The notes: a model not told the origin generated them from the sequence alone. Counted from the stretch's first letter, positions 11,007 to 22,751 are shown. The stretch is DNA of 64,000 nucleotides from Eukaryota sp. TZLM1-RC (GCA_040285825.1 JAUPSS010000007.1:2578689-2642688); one strand, 5' to 3'. Numbers and translations are program-made.

Positions 11007-11498
11007 ATAAGAAAAATGATGACTTCATTTAAGACTTTGAGTTCTGGGAAACTTCTCATTCAGTATCAATATCGGAATCAAAATCATTAACGTTTCTTCA
11101 TTTACTCAGACTTCTTTTGAACCATTGATTATTTGTGCGTTGGAACCACAAACGCTATCATCAAAGTTCCTGATGATCAATTATAAGCGTGAACCTACTT
11201 GCATGTTTCTGTTTCGAACTTCTACTGTTGTTAATATTGATTTAAGTCAACAAATAGTTGTTTGTGCTTCTATAATTTTTCTCAAAACTTTCGTCTAAAA
11301 TTGCAACGATCTCTCAATATATTGAATGATCGAATATTCTTGGAGGGAGTCTGTATTTGGTAGATATCATATTTAAATGTTAAGATTGCATTTGAGGACA
11401 ACAACGCAACAAATTCCAAGAAAATTACATATAAGAAGTTTAATCTTGTAAAAAAGCCTAAAAAGTAGCACAAAAAACAACTAATAACAATAAATCAC

Positions 11499-12923
11499 CT
11501 ATTTTTGGGTAGAGTCAACACGTTGAACAACAGTCTTATAATTCATTAACTGCCTAATTGTAACATTCTCAGAAACAGAGTTGCCTCCCCAAGACCCACA
11601 ACCTAATGTGAGTGATGGTTCCAGTCTAAAGTTATAAATATCACCAATTGCACCCTGACTAGCTGGTTGGTTGATGAGAATGCGACCAGCAATCATTCTA
11701 GTTCCAAAAGCTTCGATACGATCACTATGAGTGGGTTCAGTGTAAAGACAGGCAGTGTGACCAGAACCACCGAAACGAATGAGTTCTTCGGCCTTATCCA
11801 ACGCAGCTTCAAAGTCAGGAACAGTGTAGAAACCAAGAACAGGGGAGAGTTTTTCATAAGAAAAAGGTTCCTCTTGACCCACCAGTTTAGCATCTCCAAT
11901 CAGCACCTTTGTGTGTTCAGGTACTTCAAAACCAGCCATTTGGGCAATCTTATAGGCAGGTTGACCAACAATTCCAGCATTGAGGGCACCATTCTTGATA
12001 ATAGTCTTTGACAGCAGTTCAGCTTCCTGCTTAGAGCAGAAATAGGCTCCACGGTCAAGAAACTCTTGTCTAACTTTTTCAGCAATGGATTCAATACACA
12101 CTATTGATTGTTCAGAGGCACAAATGACACCATTATCAAACGTTTTAGACACGAGGACAGAATTGACGGCCATTACAATGTCCGCAGTTTCGTCAATGAT
12201 GACTGGAGTGTTGCCGGCACCAACTCCAGCAGCTGGTTTACCGGAAGAGTAAGCAGCTTTAACCATAGCAGGGCCTCCAGTGGCCAGGATAAAGTCAACA
12301 CCGTCATGGTGCATAAGAGCCTTGGAAAGTTCAACAGTGGGTGAAGCAATACACGCAACAACACCACGAGGAGCTCCGGCAGCTATTGCGGCTTCATGTA
12401 CCACACGGCAAGCTGCAGCGGTGGCAGCCTTAGCACGTGGATGTGGACAGAATACAATAGCATTTCTTGTCTTCAAAGCAAGAAGGGACTTGAAGATAGC
12501 AGTAGAAGTTGGGTTTGTAGTGGGTGTGATTCCGGCGATTGTTCCAATGGGTTCTGCAATCCTCGTAATCCCAGTTGAGTCATCACGTTCAATGATGCCA
12601 CATGTCTTGGAGTGTTTGTAAGCATTCCAGATCATTTCAGCAGCAAAGTGGTTCTTGATGACCTTATCTTCGACCAAGCCCATCCCACTTTCTTCAGCAG
12701 CCATTTTGGCGAGAGGAATACGGGCTGCTGCTGCCGCTTTGGCAGCATTCATAAAGATTTTATCAACAGCTTCCTGGGAGAAAGTAGAGAATTCTTGTTG
12801 TGAAGAGTTTGCACGTTGAATCTAGAGTCAGTCCTCCATGGAGAGACAAACAAGACGGTCCAGGTCTTCAAGAGAGTTGACCTGAATATCGGATTGATGA
12901 GGATCGGGAATGATGCCAGACAT
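11499..12923 (-). CDS. CoA-acylating aldehyde dehydrogenase (N-terminal half of AdhE), 2 exons; intron 12822..12851
   Basis: EESGMG.VEDKVIKN, PTTNPTST, ATGG, GVGAGN, SKTFDNGVICASEQ, EKLSP, LTLGCGSWGGNS. A 30-nt GT..AG intron joins MSGIIP..DRL to IQRANSSQ. Confidence 0.92.
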
Positions 12924-13378
12924 TGTAAGTAAGTAAAGAGTGAAGTTCCTGAGATCGTTGGTATCTGAGTTGCAGATCAAAACAGAACATTTTTGACCTA
13001 AAACAACAAAAAGATGATTTGTGTCAAAATGACCAATTTGAATAATCATCCAACTTAGGTATCTAAGTTGCCAGAGTGGTAATAACGTCTTACTTCGTAG
13101 ATCATACCTTCTACTGAAAGGATGTTAGTTAGATTTTGTAAGAATTTCTGTATAATTTACAATTACGAAGATTTTTATGGCAGCTAGTCCTTAAAAAGTG
13201 TATTTAGTTGATATCTTTATAGTCAAAACACAAGAACCACTCAATCATCAAGAACGTTTCAAATTATTCATCATGGAAAGCGATGTCATTTTTAAAAATG
13301 GATTCAATGAATCATACAAATTTTGTTCACCTCAAAACTCCAAAAAGTCATTGTTTTACTTTTTGTTGACTTTAAGTG

Positions 13379-14977
13379 ATGTTCTCCCGTCGTCATTTAC
13401 TGTGCATTGTACTTCTGGTTTTATCTATTTTACCTCAATTTTCGCTTTTTGCTCATAAGGATCTTGATCATCTGTTGCTCCCCAACATGGGAAAGAGGTT
13501 TTTGAAGTCCACTTCAAAAGATCCTAACCTTGTTCCCCGAGCAGTTGTCACATATTTGTGGGATAAGGATGACCAACTCTTTACCACAGCAATCGAAAGT
13601 GCGGAGAAAGATATGTCTCTTTCCGATCTCCTTCTTCTGCTTTCATCCACCGACAATGTTGCCGATTTTCAAGATCATAGCAGAAAAGTACTTCACGATC
13701 TTGCTACTGATCAAGGCTGGTCCGCTTATCCTAATGGACCAAACAGTGCGCTTGCTACGGCTGATGCTCTTCATATATCATCCCTTAACAACGAAGACAT
13801 CCCTGAAACCCGTCAGGAAGCAGTTCTAAGCTTTCTACAGTACTCAATGAACAATGAGAACTCCACTCTTATCGATTTCATCGCAGGTGCATCATCCCTT
13901 CCTTTCTTCACTGTCGATATTCCCGAAGAATACAAATCATCCATAGATCACCTTCCTCAGATGCTCTCCCAGTACATGCTTCCTGATCATTTAGTTGCCT
14001 TGGAAACTGACCGCTCTCTCGTTACCGTTCGATCATTGTACGCGCTTCATTCTGTACTGAATATCGTCAGTGATAAGCTTGTGTGCAAATCATTAATGAC
14101 CAAGATGGCTTCTGCTCTCCGCACGGCTTCTCTCTACACCCCCCTCTCTTCAGATGGAGCTGCATGGGTATCTGTTGCTATCAAGGACGGCATGCTTTCA
14201 CCTTATGTAAGCTCTGCCTTTGAACCCATTCCACTTCCCCTTGTCAGAGGCTTGATGTTTAACTTGTCCTTTGCTCTATTGGTATTTGCAAGCATGACAT
14301 TATTTTTCCCACAATTTGCTGCAAAAAAACTCAAAGGATGGGTTTTCAAACTTGTTCCTGTGCTTCTTGTCTTTTCTCTTTACCCAATTACTACTGTAAC
14401 TATTCCCTTTGGTGGTTTGGTCGTGCTATTAGGGTTTGGGTTGATTGGATTTTGGTCATATAGAGCTCTATCCAAGCTTGATACTGATGCTGCTCTTATT
14501 TGCGCAACATCTATCGCAGGTTCTGTCCTTTTACTTATTGTTTTATTAAGCAGGACAGCCCCTTTGTTGCTTGGTAGGGAGATTACTGTAGCTACCGTCA
14601 ATATTGTAGTCATTATTGCGACTATTATGGTTGTTTTTGCTTCTGTTCTTGTTTTCAAAATGAAAATGAAACCTGTGGAAGCTGTTGATATTGCCATGGC
14701 TGGATGGTCGTTTGGTATTGGAGGTGCTTCTCTCGTATTTTGGTTGAGACCTACCTTCCAAATTTTGTTCATTTCTTCTTTAAACAATGGAAGTTTTCCT
14801 CTTGTTTTTGGGTTTTCAATCTTGTTTAGTTTAACATTTGTTTTCCTTGTTGCTACTATCAGCTCTTCTTTAGTTGAGAATAAAGGACGTGTTCCCATTG
14901 CTAAGCAAGGAAAGGGAAAGAAAAGGTTAAAGTCAGTTCAGAAGAAACCTCTGAAACCCAAAGCCAAGAAGCAATAG
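13379..14977 (+). CDS. Signal-peptide, multi-TM membrane protein of unknown function
   Basis: N-terminal hydrophobic signal, lumenal domain, about 7 C-terminal TM segments, basic tail. Confidence 0.7.
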   Translation: MFSRRHLLCIVLLVLSILPQFSLFAHKDLDHLLLPNMGKRFLKSTSKDPNLVPRAVVTYLWDKDDQLFTTAIESAEKDMSLSDLLLLLSSTDNVADFQDHSRKVLHDLATDQGWSAYPNGPNSALATADALHISSLNNEDIPETRQEAVLSFLQYSMNNENSTLIDFIAGASSLPFFTVDIPEEYKSSIDHLPQMLSQYMLPDHLVALETDRSLVTVRSLYALHSVLNIVSDKLVCKSLMTKMASALRTASLYTPLSSDGAAWVSVAIKDGMLSPYVSSAFEPIPLPLVRGLMFNLSFALLVFASMTLFFPQFAAKKLKGWVFKLVPVLLVFSLYPITTVTIPFGGLVVLLGFGLIGFWSYRALSKLDTDAALICATSIAGSVLLLIVLLSRTAPLLLGREITVATVNIVVIIATIMVVFASVLVFKMKMKPVEAVDIAMAGWSFGIGGASLVFWLRPTFQILFISSLNNGSFPLVFGFSILFSLTFVFLVATISSSLVENKGRVPIAKQGKGKKRLKSVQKKPLKPKAKKQ

Positions 14978-15479
14978 TTTGTCGTTTTGGATCAATAAAT
15001 ATTTGTAGATCCGTTATAATTCATTGTAAGTCTAGTTTTTTTCTAGAGTGTCAATATCCTTACACCTTAATCATGAAGAAAGTCTGATTAACATATTTTG
15101 AGCGATTTTGTATAAAATTATAGCTAAATTATATTTAAGCCAGGTTATATTCATCTGATACTATTGTACATTCTAGTTGTTTTAGGCAATAATAATGAAT
15201 TCTTCAATGAATTGTTTGACAAATCGAAGAGTATTTTTTGAAACAATGGTCCAAATGATGAAATTGACTGGACATAAACCTATCAAATTTACCAATAGAA
15301 GACCATGTTGCAATTCAAATTTCAATCATATATTTTGATCTACAAATCCTTTTATCACTAGGCACGTCGCCCAATAGTTCAATGAGCTATGTGCAAAGAT
15401 TTTTTCACAATTACTGGGGTGTAGAATGTCCCTAATTCCTGTTCATGCTTTTCGTAGTCCAAATTATGGCGGTTTAGGT

Positions 15480-15560
15480 ATTTCTTCTCATTGTTTTGTC
15501 TTGATCCCTTTTTTGTGAAATCATTCAAACAAGTTTCTTCTTCCAATAGTCTTCCGTCGA
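15480..15560 (-). mobile_element. Old RLE retroelement remnant
   Basis: Translates GRLLEEETCLNDF, matching family B GRLSVEAETFLNDF. Confidence 0.45.
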
Positions 15561-18500
15561 ATGCTTCTTGATTCATGTAGAGCGTTCTTTGAGCTTCAAC
15601 TTAACCCAACAACACTCCCTACTCTCTCTTCGAAGGCAAAGTCACTAGCACAATTTATTGCTTCTTCACATTCCCAACTATCCACTGAATCATTACTCTC
15701 ACTCTCCTCACATCTTCTACCCTGTCTCTCAGCACTTAATCACCATCACTTTCTCTCACAAGTTTTTCTATCACATTCTTCATCGCCTCTTCTCTCTTCT
15801 CTTCTTCTGCAGTCAGCATCTTACTCTTCTTCAATGGAGACTAACCTTCACCAATATCTTCTGGATCTCTCAAATACCACACCTGCTACTCTTTTAACTT
15901 GTTTATCCAAATTATGCTTAAACCAATCTTTACTTGATTCCATGATTAATAATCAGTTTTTAAATCCTTTATTAGTAGACTTAATCGTTGGGTTATTTAG
16001 AGATGATTTCATTTCTTATTTCAAGGTGGAACTATCTGAGTTTTTTACGGTGTTTTCGAAGTATTTATTGGTAAGCAATGTTTTTGATCTCAATCTGATT
16101 TTTGATGGACAACCTGCTGTTCACTCAGTCTTTGGTTTTCTTGCTAAATTGATTGAGTTGATTGACCTTGATTGTACCCAGTCAAAATTACTCAATATTA
16201 GTGAGCGTTACTTGAAATATTTGGAAACATTAAATTTCAGACAAATTCTTGATACTGAATGTATAATTTTCAATTTTGCCAACTCGCTGAAAATATTACA
16301 GTTTTGTAGAGATAATAAGTTAGAGTCCAAAGTTGTTAGTTTGTGTTGTGATTTCCTTTTTCTTGTCAACGAAAAATTGGGAGTGTCAGATGCTTGTCAC
16401 CTTCATATTCTTTTACGATCACTATTCAACGTAATCAAATCTCACTCCAATTTCCAATCAAATGTCCAATCAAATCATATATCATTACTGGACCGTTCTT
16501 TTTCTCTTCTGTTGGGCCAATTCAATTCTGTGTTTTCTCAATCAAATATTCGATTTAAATCTTTCGAATTACCTCTAGCTTTTATTGATATTCAGTCAAA
16601 AATTAATTCCAAAAACCCTACAAAGTTTATTGAGATTATTACTTATTGTGTATCGAACTGGGAAAATTTAATTTGCACTTCCTCAAAAATTTCCAAGAAG
16701 TATTTGTCAATAATTTCAGTAATTCTATTTAAATTGTCACTGAATCTTTACTTGTTTGACTATTCAGATTGTCATTCTGTTAAAATTTTTCTTTTAAGCA
16801 AAATTTTAGGGCTGATCTCTTCTTCACTTCCTGTTGACCCCAATTCGTCAATGTCTTTGTTACCTTGTTTATTAGTTTTTTTGGTTTTAAATAAGGAAAG
16901 TTTTTTGATTGAATTAACCCATATTCAATTTGATTTACAATTTATCTGGCTCTGGCTTGGTGTGTTAGTCGCAGAATCAAGAAATTTTTATTCGAAGTGT
17001 CAGTTTGAGCTGAAACACGAAGAGCTCAAGCTACTTCAATTTTTAAAACTTGGCTTTGACACTATTAAAAAGGATCATGTCCAAGTTTTTAATTTTGAAA
17101 CAACTTGGATTTGTCAAATAACCAATATCTTTAGATCAAAATCACTAAATTTATCAAGAATTTGCTTGACCCTACTATCCCTATACGTACCATCATTTTC
17201 ATTGCAATTATTACCAGAATCTCAACAAAAAGAGTTAATTGACGGAATTGGCGAGTACAAACCTAATTTTAATTGCCTAATTGAATCGTTAATTGATGAT
17301 GAATTTAACCTTTCGAGGTATCAAATAAGTTTTGCTAGATGTTCTTATTTCAATTTGTTGTTTTTCTCTTCATATTGTATATCTCAATTAAGATGTAATT
17401 TTTATTCAGAACTTTTATTCCAAAGTTTAGATTCTTTGATTTGTTTAACGAAATCTCTTGATGTTGGAATAGGCTCAATCATTATTTCTAAATTCTTGCG
17501 GACTCTTGTTGACCAAGGAATTTGTTTCAATAATGTATTGAAGATCGTTATTCAGGGTATTTTGAACTATCCTTCTGAACCAATCAAATTTTCAATCATT
17601 TCAGAATTGTTTAGAATTTTGAAAATTGAATTTGCTTTTGAATTAAACCAGTTAACTTCAATTAATTTACTATTAAAATTCAAGGAAAGTTTGCTAAGGT
17701 CAACCACATTTTCGATTGATTCTGTTGATTATGGTCTTCCCATTTCCTCTTCAATCAGAACTGATTTGATCACAATAATCGATTCCTTAGTTTCCAATTT
17801 CAATTCTAAATTTTTGGCTCTATTTTTAGAAAATTCCACATCATTTTCCCCCAAATATTCCAAAATTTTTGATTACTTAATCCGTATTCACCACCACGAA
17901 TCAAATTTATTGCACTCAAGCAGCTCGTTCATCTTTAATAATTATTTTAGTAGTAAGTTTTTGCCCACCTGGTTTGGTCATTTAGCTCGAAATTTAACTG
18001 AGTCAAGGCTAGTCAACAGAATATTGACTCTTGAGGATCAGAATCTTGACCTTAATGAGCTACAATGCTTTTTTCAAGAATTTAGTTCGTTTTTTTGTTG
18101 TTTTTCTCGAAATATTTTGACAATTTTTACTAAAATGGTGTGCTTAAATTTATTTCTCAGTTTAAAGAATGCTGTTTTTCCTATCATTTCTTATTTATCA
18201 CGTCAGCTTTTGAGCTCTATTCGTGAAGACTCTGAAAATTTCCATTATTCGCCTGTAGAAATGTCAAATTTTGATGCTCTTCATACAAACTCTTCTACAT
18301 TTAAATATTTGGAATATTTGATTTATTTCGATTTCTTAATTAATTTTATTGAAAATTTTGCAAATACAAATTTCCATTCCTTATTACCCTTAATTATTGG
18401 TTATTCAAAGTACATTTTTTATTTACCTTGTCCTGAAGTTTCTTTATATTATATTTTCTTACTGACAAGATTAAATTATTTCTTTTTGAAAAGCAATTTA

Positions 18501-20570
18501 TTTTTAGCTGCTGATTCGTCCACTGAAGCTGTTTTTCTTGGCGTTTCCAAGCTTTTGGTGTATTATAGGGCTGACCTTTCGAGACCAATCATAATGATTG
18601 ATTTATGTGTTTACCTTTGTAAGCTATTGCAAGAGTTCCTTAGACATCCGGAAAACCAATCAAATATAATTGAGTCTCCACGAGTGAAAACACCTGACAG
18701 TCGCCAATCAATTTCTCAATCAATTTTCCAATCGCAAACCAAATCAAAGGCCCTGGAACGTTATCTGGAGCTATTCATGTCTCATTTGCTCTCCTTGACG
18801 GGGAAAGCGCCAGAGTTTACCCCCAAAACACACCAAAATTTCAAAGATTTCATTTCGCTGTCTGTGAATGTCAATCCACTTTTACCATTAATTTATCTGG
18901 ATCTAAACCAAACTTCAAATGCAAAAACTGAAGTTTTTAATTTCCTGTTGGAACAAAGTACATATTTATGTCATCTATTAGCAGTTTCATTTGACTATTT
19001 ACTTTTTGTACTTGAAAATGTTCCTCTTTGCCCGTCTACCAAGAGTAATTATCTTGTAGATGCTCTCAACAAGTCAATTTTTGTATTCGGGAGAGTCAAT
19101 GAGATGACGTATTTTGTTCGAATTGTGTCTTGCTTTGTAACCTTGTTTTCTAATCACAATTGGCAGCCTTTCATTGTAGACTGTTGTAGTAATTGGTTGC
19201 ATTTGTCTCTTTCTACTGTTGATTCAAAAGCACTAGTGTGTTATCTTCCTCAAATAATTCAATTCATTTTGAAATTTTCAAGTTATAATAGTATCGTTGA
19301 TCCCTTCATGTCAGTCATTGGTCAACATTGCAAAAGCAATAGTTTGTTTTTATTAAGATTGCTGTTTTTATTAAGATCAATAGGAGCACCAGTTTTGGAT
19401 AACTTTCATTTAAATATTAATTCAAAAGTCAATTCACAGCCTATTATTTTATTAAAAAGTCTGTTATCTAATTTGGATCCTTATTTATTTAGCCAATCTT
19501 ATTCCCAAATGCTTTTTATTGATAGCTTTACCTTGATTTCAATGGAGCTCAAGTCGGTTCCCAAACCTGAAAGAAAAAACGCTTTGATTAAACGTCTCAA
19601 ATCACTACCTTTGTCCCAACAAAAGGGAATTCTTCCAAAAGGGGAAATAGTCAATAGTGTTCTTCCAGAAAAATGTGTAGTCTTAAAAAGTCATGCCAAA
19701 GTACCTATATTATTGACCTTTACCACAGAAACTGATTCCACTGTTTCTTATATTTTCAAAGCTGGTGATGATGTACGTCAAGATTCTCTTGCCATTCAAT
19801 TGATTCACCAAATTTCTAATATTTTGAAATGTTCTGGACTTGATCTCTTCCTGTTACCTTACTTAGCTCTACCCACTTCTTCTGATGATGGTATTATCGA
19901 AGTTGTCCCAGAATCCAGGTCACGTGATCAGATTGGTGGTGATTCTGATGGGGGACTGATAGATTGGTTTCTTTCCCGATTTGGCGACCGTAAATCAGAG
20001 TCTTTTTGTTGTGCACAATCAAATTTTATTAAATCAATGGCAGGTTATTCTTTAGCCACCTTCATCCTTGCTGTCAAGGATCGTCACAATGGCAATCTTT
20101 TGTTTGACAGTAAAGGTAATATTATCCATATAGATTTTGGCTTTATCTTTGACATTTCTCCTGGTGGTGATTTTAAATTTGAGTCTGCTCCCTTTAAACT
20201 TTCTAGAGAAATGTTTGATCTGATGGGGGGCTCAGTGTCAGCGAAACCATTCGAAAAGTTTGTTTCACTTGTGGTTCGAGGCTATTTAGCCTTGCGAAAA
20301 CATTCTAATTTGATTATTTCATTGGTAAATTTAATGCTGTCAGCTAATTTAGGCTGTTTTAAGAAAGATCAAACGATTGATTTTCTAAAAGATAGATTAT
20401 CGTATAACCTTTCTGATAATGAAGCCGTCGTGAAAATGTTGAATTATATTAAAGAATCAAACTGTAATTATAGAACAGCAATCTATGATGAATTTCAGTC
20501 ATGGCAGAATAACATATCAAAACCTCCTTTACTTTATGATATTGGTTGGTCAAGGTCTCGGTCCAAGTAA
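15561..20570 (+). CDS. Phosphatidylinositol 4-kinase type III alpha (STT4/PI4KA-like)
   Basis: C-terminal LKSHAKVP, IFKAGDDVRQD, KDRHNGN, HIDFGF, FESAPFKL; long helical N-terminus. Confidence 0.92.
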   Translation: MLLDSCRAFFELQLNPTTLPTLSSKAKSLAQFIASSHSQLSTESLLSLSSHLLPCLSALNHHHFLSQVFLSHSSSPLLSSLLLQSASYSSSMETNLHQYLLDLSNTTPATLLTCLSKLCLNQSLLDSMINNQFLNPLLVDLIVGLFRDDFISYFKVELSEFFTVFSKYLLVSNVFDLNLIFDGQPAVHSVFGFLAKLIELIDLDCTQSKLLNISERYLKYLETLNFRQILDTECIIFNFANSLKILQFCRDNKLESKVVSLCCDFLFLVNEKLGVSDACHLHILLRSLFNVIKSHSNFQSNVQSNHISLLDRSFSLLLGQFNSVFSQSNIRFKSFELPLAFIDIQSKINSKNPTKFIEIITYCVSNWENLICTSSKISKKYLSIISVILFKLSLNLYLFDYSDCHSVKIFLLSKILGLISSSLPVDPNSSMSLLPCLLVFLVLNKESFLIELTHIQFDLQFIWLWLGVLVAESRNFYSKCQFELKHEELKLLQFLKLGFDTIKKDHVQVFNFETTWICQITNIFRSKSLNLSRICLTLLSLYVPSFSLQLLPESQQKELIDGIGEYKPNFNCLIESLIDDEFNLSRYQISFARCSYFNLLFFSSYCISQLRCNFYSELLFQSLDSLICLTKSLDVGIGSIIISKFLRTLVDQGICFNNVLKIVIQGILNYPSEPIKFSIISELFRILKIEFAFELNQLTSINLLLKFKESLLRSTTFSIDSVDYGLPISSSIRTDLITIIDSLVSNFNSKFLALFLENSTSFSPKYSKIFDYLIRIHHHESNLLHSSSSFIFNNYFSSKFLPTWFGHLARNLTESRLVNRILTLEDQNLDLNELQCFFQEFSSFFCCFSRNILTIFTKMVCLNLFLSLKNAVFPIISYLSRQLLSSIREDSENFHYSPVEMSNFDALHTNSSTFKYLEYLIYFDFLINFIENFANTNFHSLLPLIIGYSKYIFYLPCPEVSLYYIFLLTRLNYFFLKSNLFLAADSSTEAVFLGVSKLLVYYRADLSRPIIMIDLCVYLCKLLQEFLRHPENQSNIIESPRVKTPDSRQSISQSIFQSQTKSKALERYLELFMSHLLSLTGKAPEFTPKTHQNFKDFISLSVNVNPLLPLIYLDLNQTSNAKTEVFNFLLEQSTYLCHLLAVSFDYLLFVLENVPLCPSTKSNYLVDALNKSIFVFGRVNEMTYFVRIVSCFVTLFSNHNWQPFIVDCCSNWLHLSLSTVDSKALVCYLPQIIQFILKFSSYNSIVDPFMSVIGQHCKSNSLFLLRLLFLLRSIGAPVLDNFHLNINSKVNSQPIILLKSLLSNLDPYLFSQSYSQMLFIDSFTLISMELKSVPKPERKNALIKRLKSLPLSQQKGILPKGEIVNSVLPEKCVVLKSHAKVPILLTFTTETDSTVSYIFKAGDDVRQDSLAIQLIHQISNILKCSGLDLFLLPYLALPTSSDDGIIEVVPESRSRDQIGGDSDGGLIDWFLSRFGDRKSESFCCAQSNFIKSMAGYSLATFILAVKDRHNGNLLFDSKGNIIHIDFGFIFDISPGGDFKFESAPFKLSREMFDLMGGSVSAKPFEKFVSLVVRGYLALRKHSNLIISLVNLMLSANLGCFKKDQTIDFLKDRLSYNLSDNEAVVKMLNYIKESNCNYRTAIYDEFQSWQNNISKPPLLYDIGWSRSRSK

Positions 20571-20964
20571 GTAGGCAAGTGTTGATCAAGTGACTTAGGA
20601 TATTGAATTCTAGATAGATTTTTTATTAAATATTCCAGTTAAAAAAAGTGTTGATCAAGTAACTTTTTTCAAATTTTTCCCGTTGTTGAACAGTCGTTTT
20701 CAACATTTTCCATATTTTCTTTTTTAAAATTTACTTTATGTATTTAATTGGTCCATTTTATATTAAAGATTTGTGTTTTTCAAGACGATTTTTTCTTGCA
20801 AATTTTACTCTTCAAGGACTCACAACTTATACAATACCTTGAGAAAGATGGAAATACCCAATCGTGACACTGACCTTTTCTAGTTCATAACAGTTACTCA
20901 CTGTCAAAAACTCAAATCAAAAAACATTACTCTTAAATAATTCAATCAATTTGAAAAAAATCGG

Positions 20965-22194
20965 ATGCCAACCCTTCTTGTACTCTTCATACATAGTGAT
21001 GATCGACGGGACTTTCGTGTACCTGAAATCGAAGCTGTTGCCTCATTGTTCAATACTCACTTAGTCTTCAAAACCTATCCTTCTGTACACTTTCCATTTG
21101 CTTGGGTTGACTTTGAGTCCTTAGAATTAGCACGTCACATATGTTCTAGGTGCGTTTTGGTCCATTCTGTGATTGATGTGTTTGCTCACTCTTCTTCATG
21201 GGACAAACTACTTTCAACCATAAAGTCAATGAACAGTAACAATACACTACATCCTACACTTCAGTCTGCCATTTCAGACAATGTTTCTTTCAAATTCTCT
21301 CCATACACCTGGGGAAAGAAGCAATCACAGGCCACCCACTTCCAACTAATGGAAGACATTGGTGCTTGTCTAGAACCGATCAAATCCACTGTGTGCCTAA
21401 CCAACCCGGATTACGATCTCTGGATTGCCTGCTACTCACCTCCTCCCCAATGCAGTGATGATTCCCTCCAACCTCATTACTTCTTTGGTTCAGCTGTGGG
21501 CAACTCCCTGCGGAAGTCAATCTCTCCTTACAGACTTCCAGACAGAGCTTTTCTCGGACCTACTTCGATGGACACGGAACTCTCCTTTGTTATGGCCAAC
21601 CTAACCAAAGTCAGAGCTGGCAGTGTGGTGTATGATCCATTTGTAGGTACTGCTTCCACCCTCGTACCTGTTGCCTACTTCAACGCCTTTTCTATAGGCG
21701 CTGATCTGGATCCTACCATACTAAAAGACTATGATCATCAGTCCAAAAAAAGAGGAGGTCCTCGTTGCTTCCAAAACTTTAGTCAGTATTCGTTGTCTCG
21801 GCCAGACATCATACACTCTGACGTTTCCTCTCCTTCGCTCTCTCCGTGCTCCGTTGATGCGGTGGTTACTGATCCCCCCTATGGCATCAAAGCGGGATCT
21901 AGGGGTTTGACCAGACGTGGTTCTGATAAGCCTGCCAAAGTACCAAATTCTTCAAGAACACAGTGTAAGCTCTCTGATTTTTCTTCACAATCACCATTGG
22001 AGCTTATAAGAACTATGTTGTTTACAGTTTTGGTAGTCTTACGTAGGGGAGGTAGGGTATGCTACTGGTTACCACAGCCTGATTGTATAACCCTCGAACC
22101 TCCATTTGTAGAGGGGTTTAAAGTCATTGCTGATTGTCTTCAACCTTGTACGTCTGTTTTTAATAGGAGGTTGATTGTATTGGAGAAGGAATAG
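20965..22194 (+). CDS. TRM11: tRNA (guanine10-N2)-methyltransferase TRM11
   Basis: FRVPE, R.FLGPTSMDTELS, VYDPFVGT, TDPPYG motifs. Confidence 0.9.
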   Translation: MPTLLVLFIHSDDRRDFRVPEIEAVASLFNTHLVFKTYPSVHFPFAWVDFESLELARHICSRCVLVHSVIDVFAHSSSWDKLLSTIKSMNSNNTLHPTLQSAISDNVSFKFSPYTWGKKQSQATHFQLMEDIGACLEPIKSTVCLTNPDYDLWIACYSPPPQCSDDSLQPHYFFGSAVGNSLRKSISPYRLPDRAFLGPTSMDTELSFVMANLTKVRAGSVVYDPFVGTASTLVPVAYFNAFSIGADLDPTILKDYDHQSKKRGGPRCFQNFSQYSLSRPDIIHSDVSSPSLSPCSVDAVVTDPPYGIKAGSRGLTRRGSDKPAKVPNSSRTQCKLSDFSSQSPLELIRTMLFTVLVVLRRGGRVCYWLPQPDCITLEPPFVEGFKVIADCLQPCTSVFNRRLIVLEKE

Positions 22195-22389
22195 TTTTTT
22201 AGTTTATCTTACTGTAGCATCTTTCAATATTTCATTTTAAATTATTATTTTAAATTTTTATTTTATATCTTATGAATAATATTTGATATAACAGCACTGT
22301 ACAGTTACATCTGGGTTTCAGTAGAGGGCATCGTCTTTTGAAGAACGACATACCAGTATTTGCGAGATCATCACGAACCATGTAAATCC

Positions 22390-22740
22390 TTTTTTCAATA
22401 TATTTAATTTATTCCAGTGAGAAACTAAACAACAAACAATTTTGTTGTTTAACAAAACTTCAAAATTCTACATCTTCTTTCCCAAATCAGCCAAAAAGCA
22501 TTGACAAAAGGTTTTTCCTTCATAGAAGCGACCAAGATAAAATAAAGCAGAAGCTAATAAGGGAACAACACCTTTAAAAATTGAAAATACAATTCTATTC
22601 TACCAAAATGTTTTGTCAAAAATTCTTCATGTACGTTGTTTTTCAATTTCAACAAAATCATCCAAAAAAGATAAAGGAAGTGGACTAAGCGCACCATGTA
22701 AGGAAAAAGCAAATGACAAAGGACTTAAAATGGACATTTT
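22390..22740 (-). mobile_element. 3' fragment of another RLE non-LTR family
   Basis: Minus-strand translation FAFSLHGAL...FLDDF...FW*NRIVF; AATAAA and short poly(A) at the 3' end. Confidence 0.65.
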
Positions 22741-22751
22741 AGCATGTAAAT

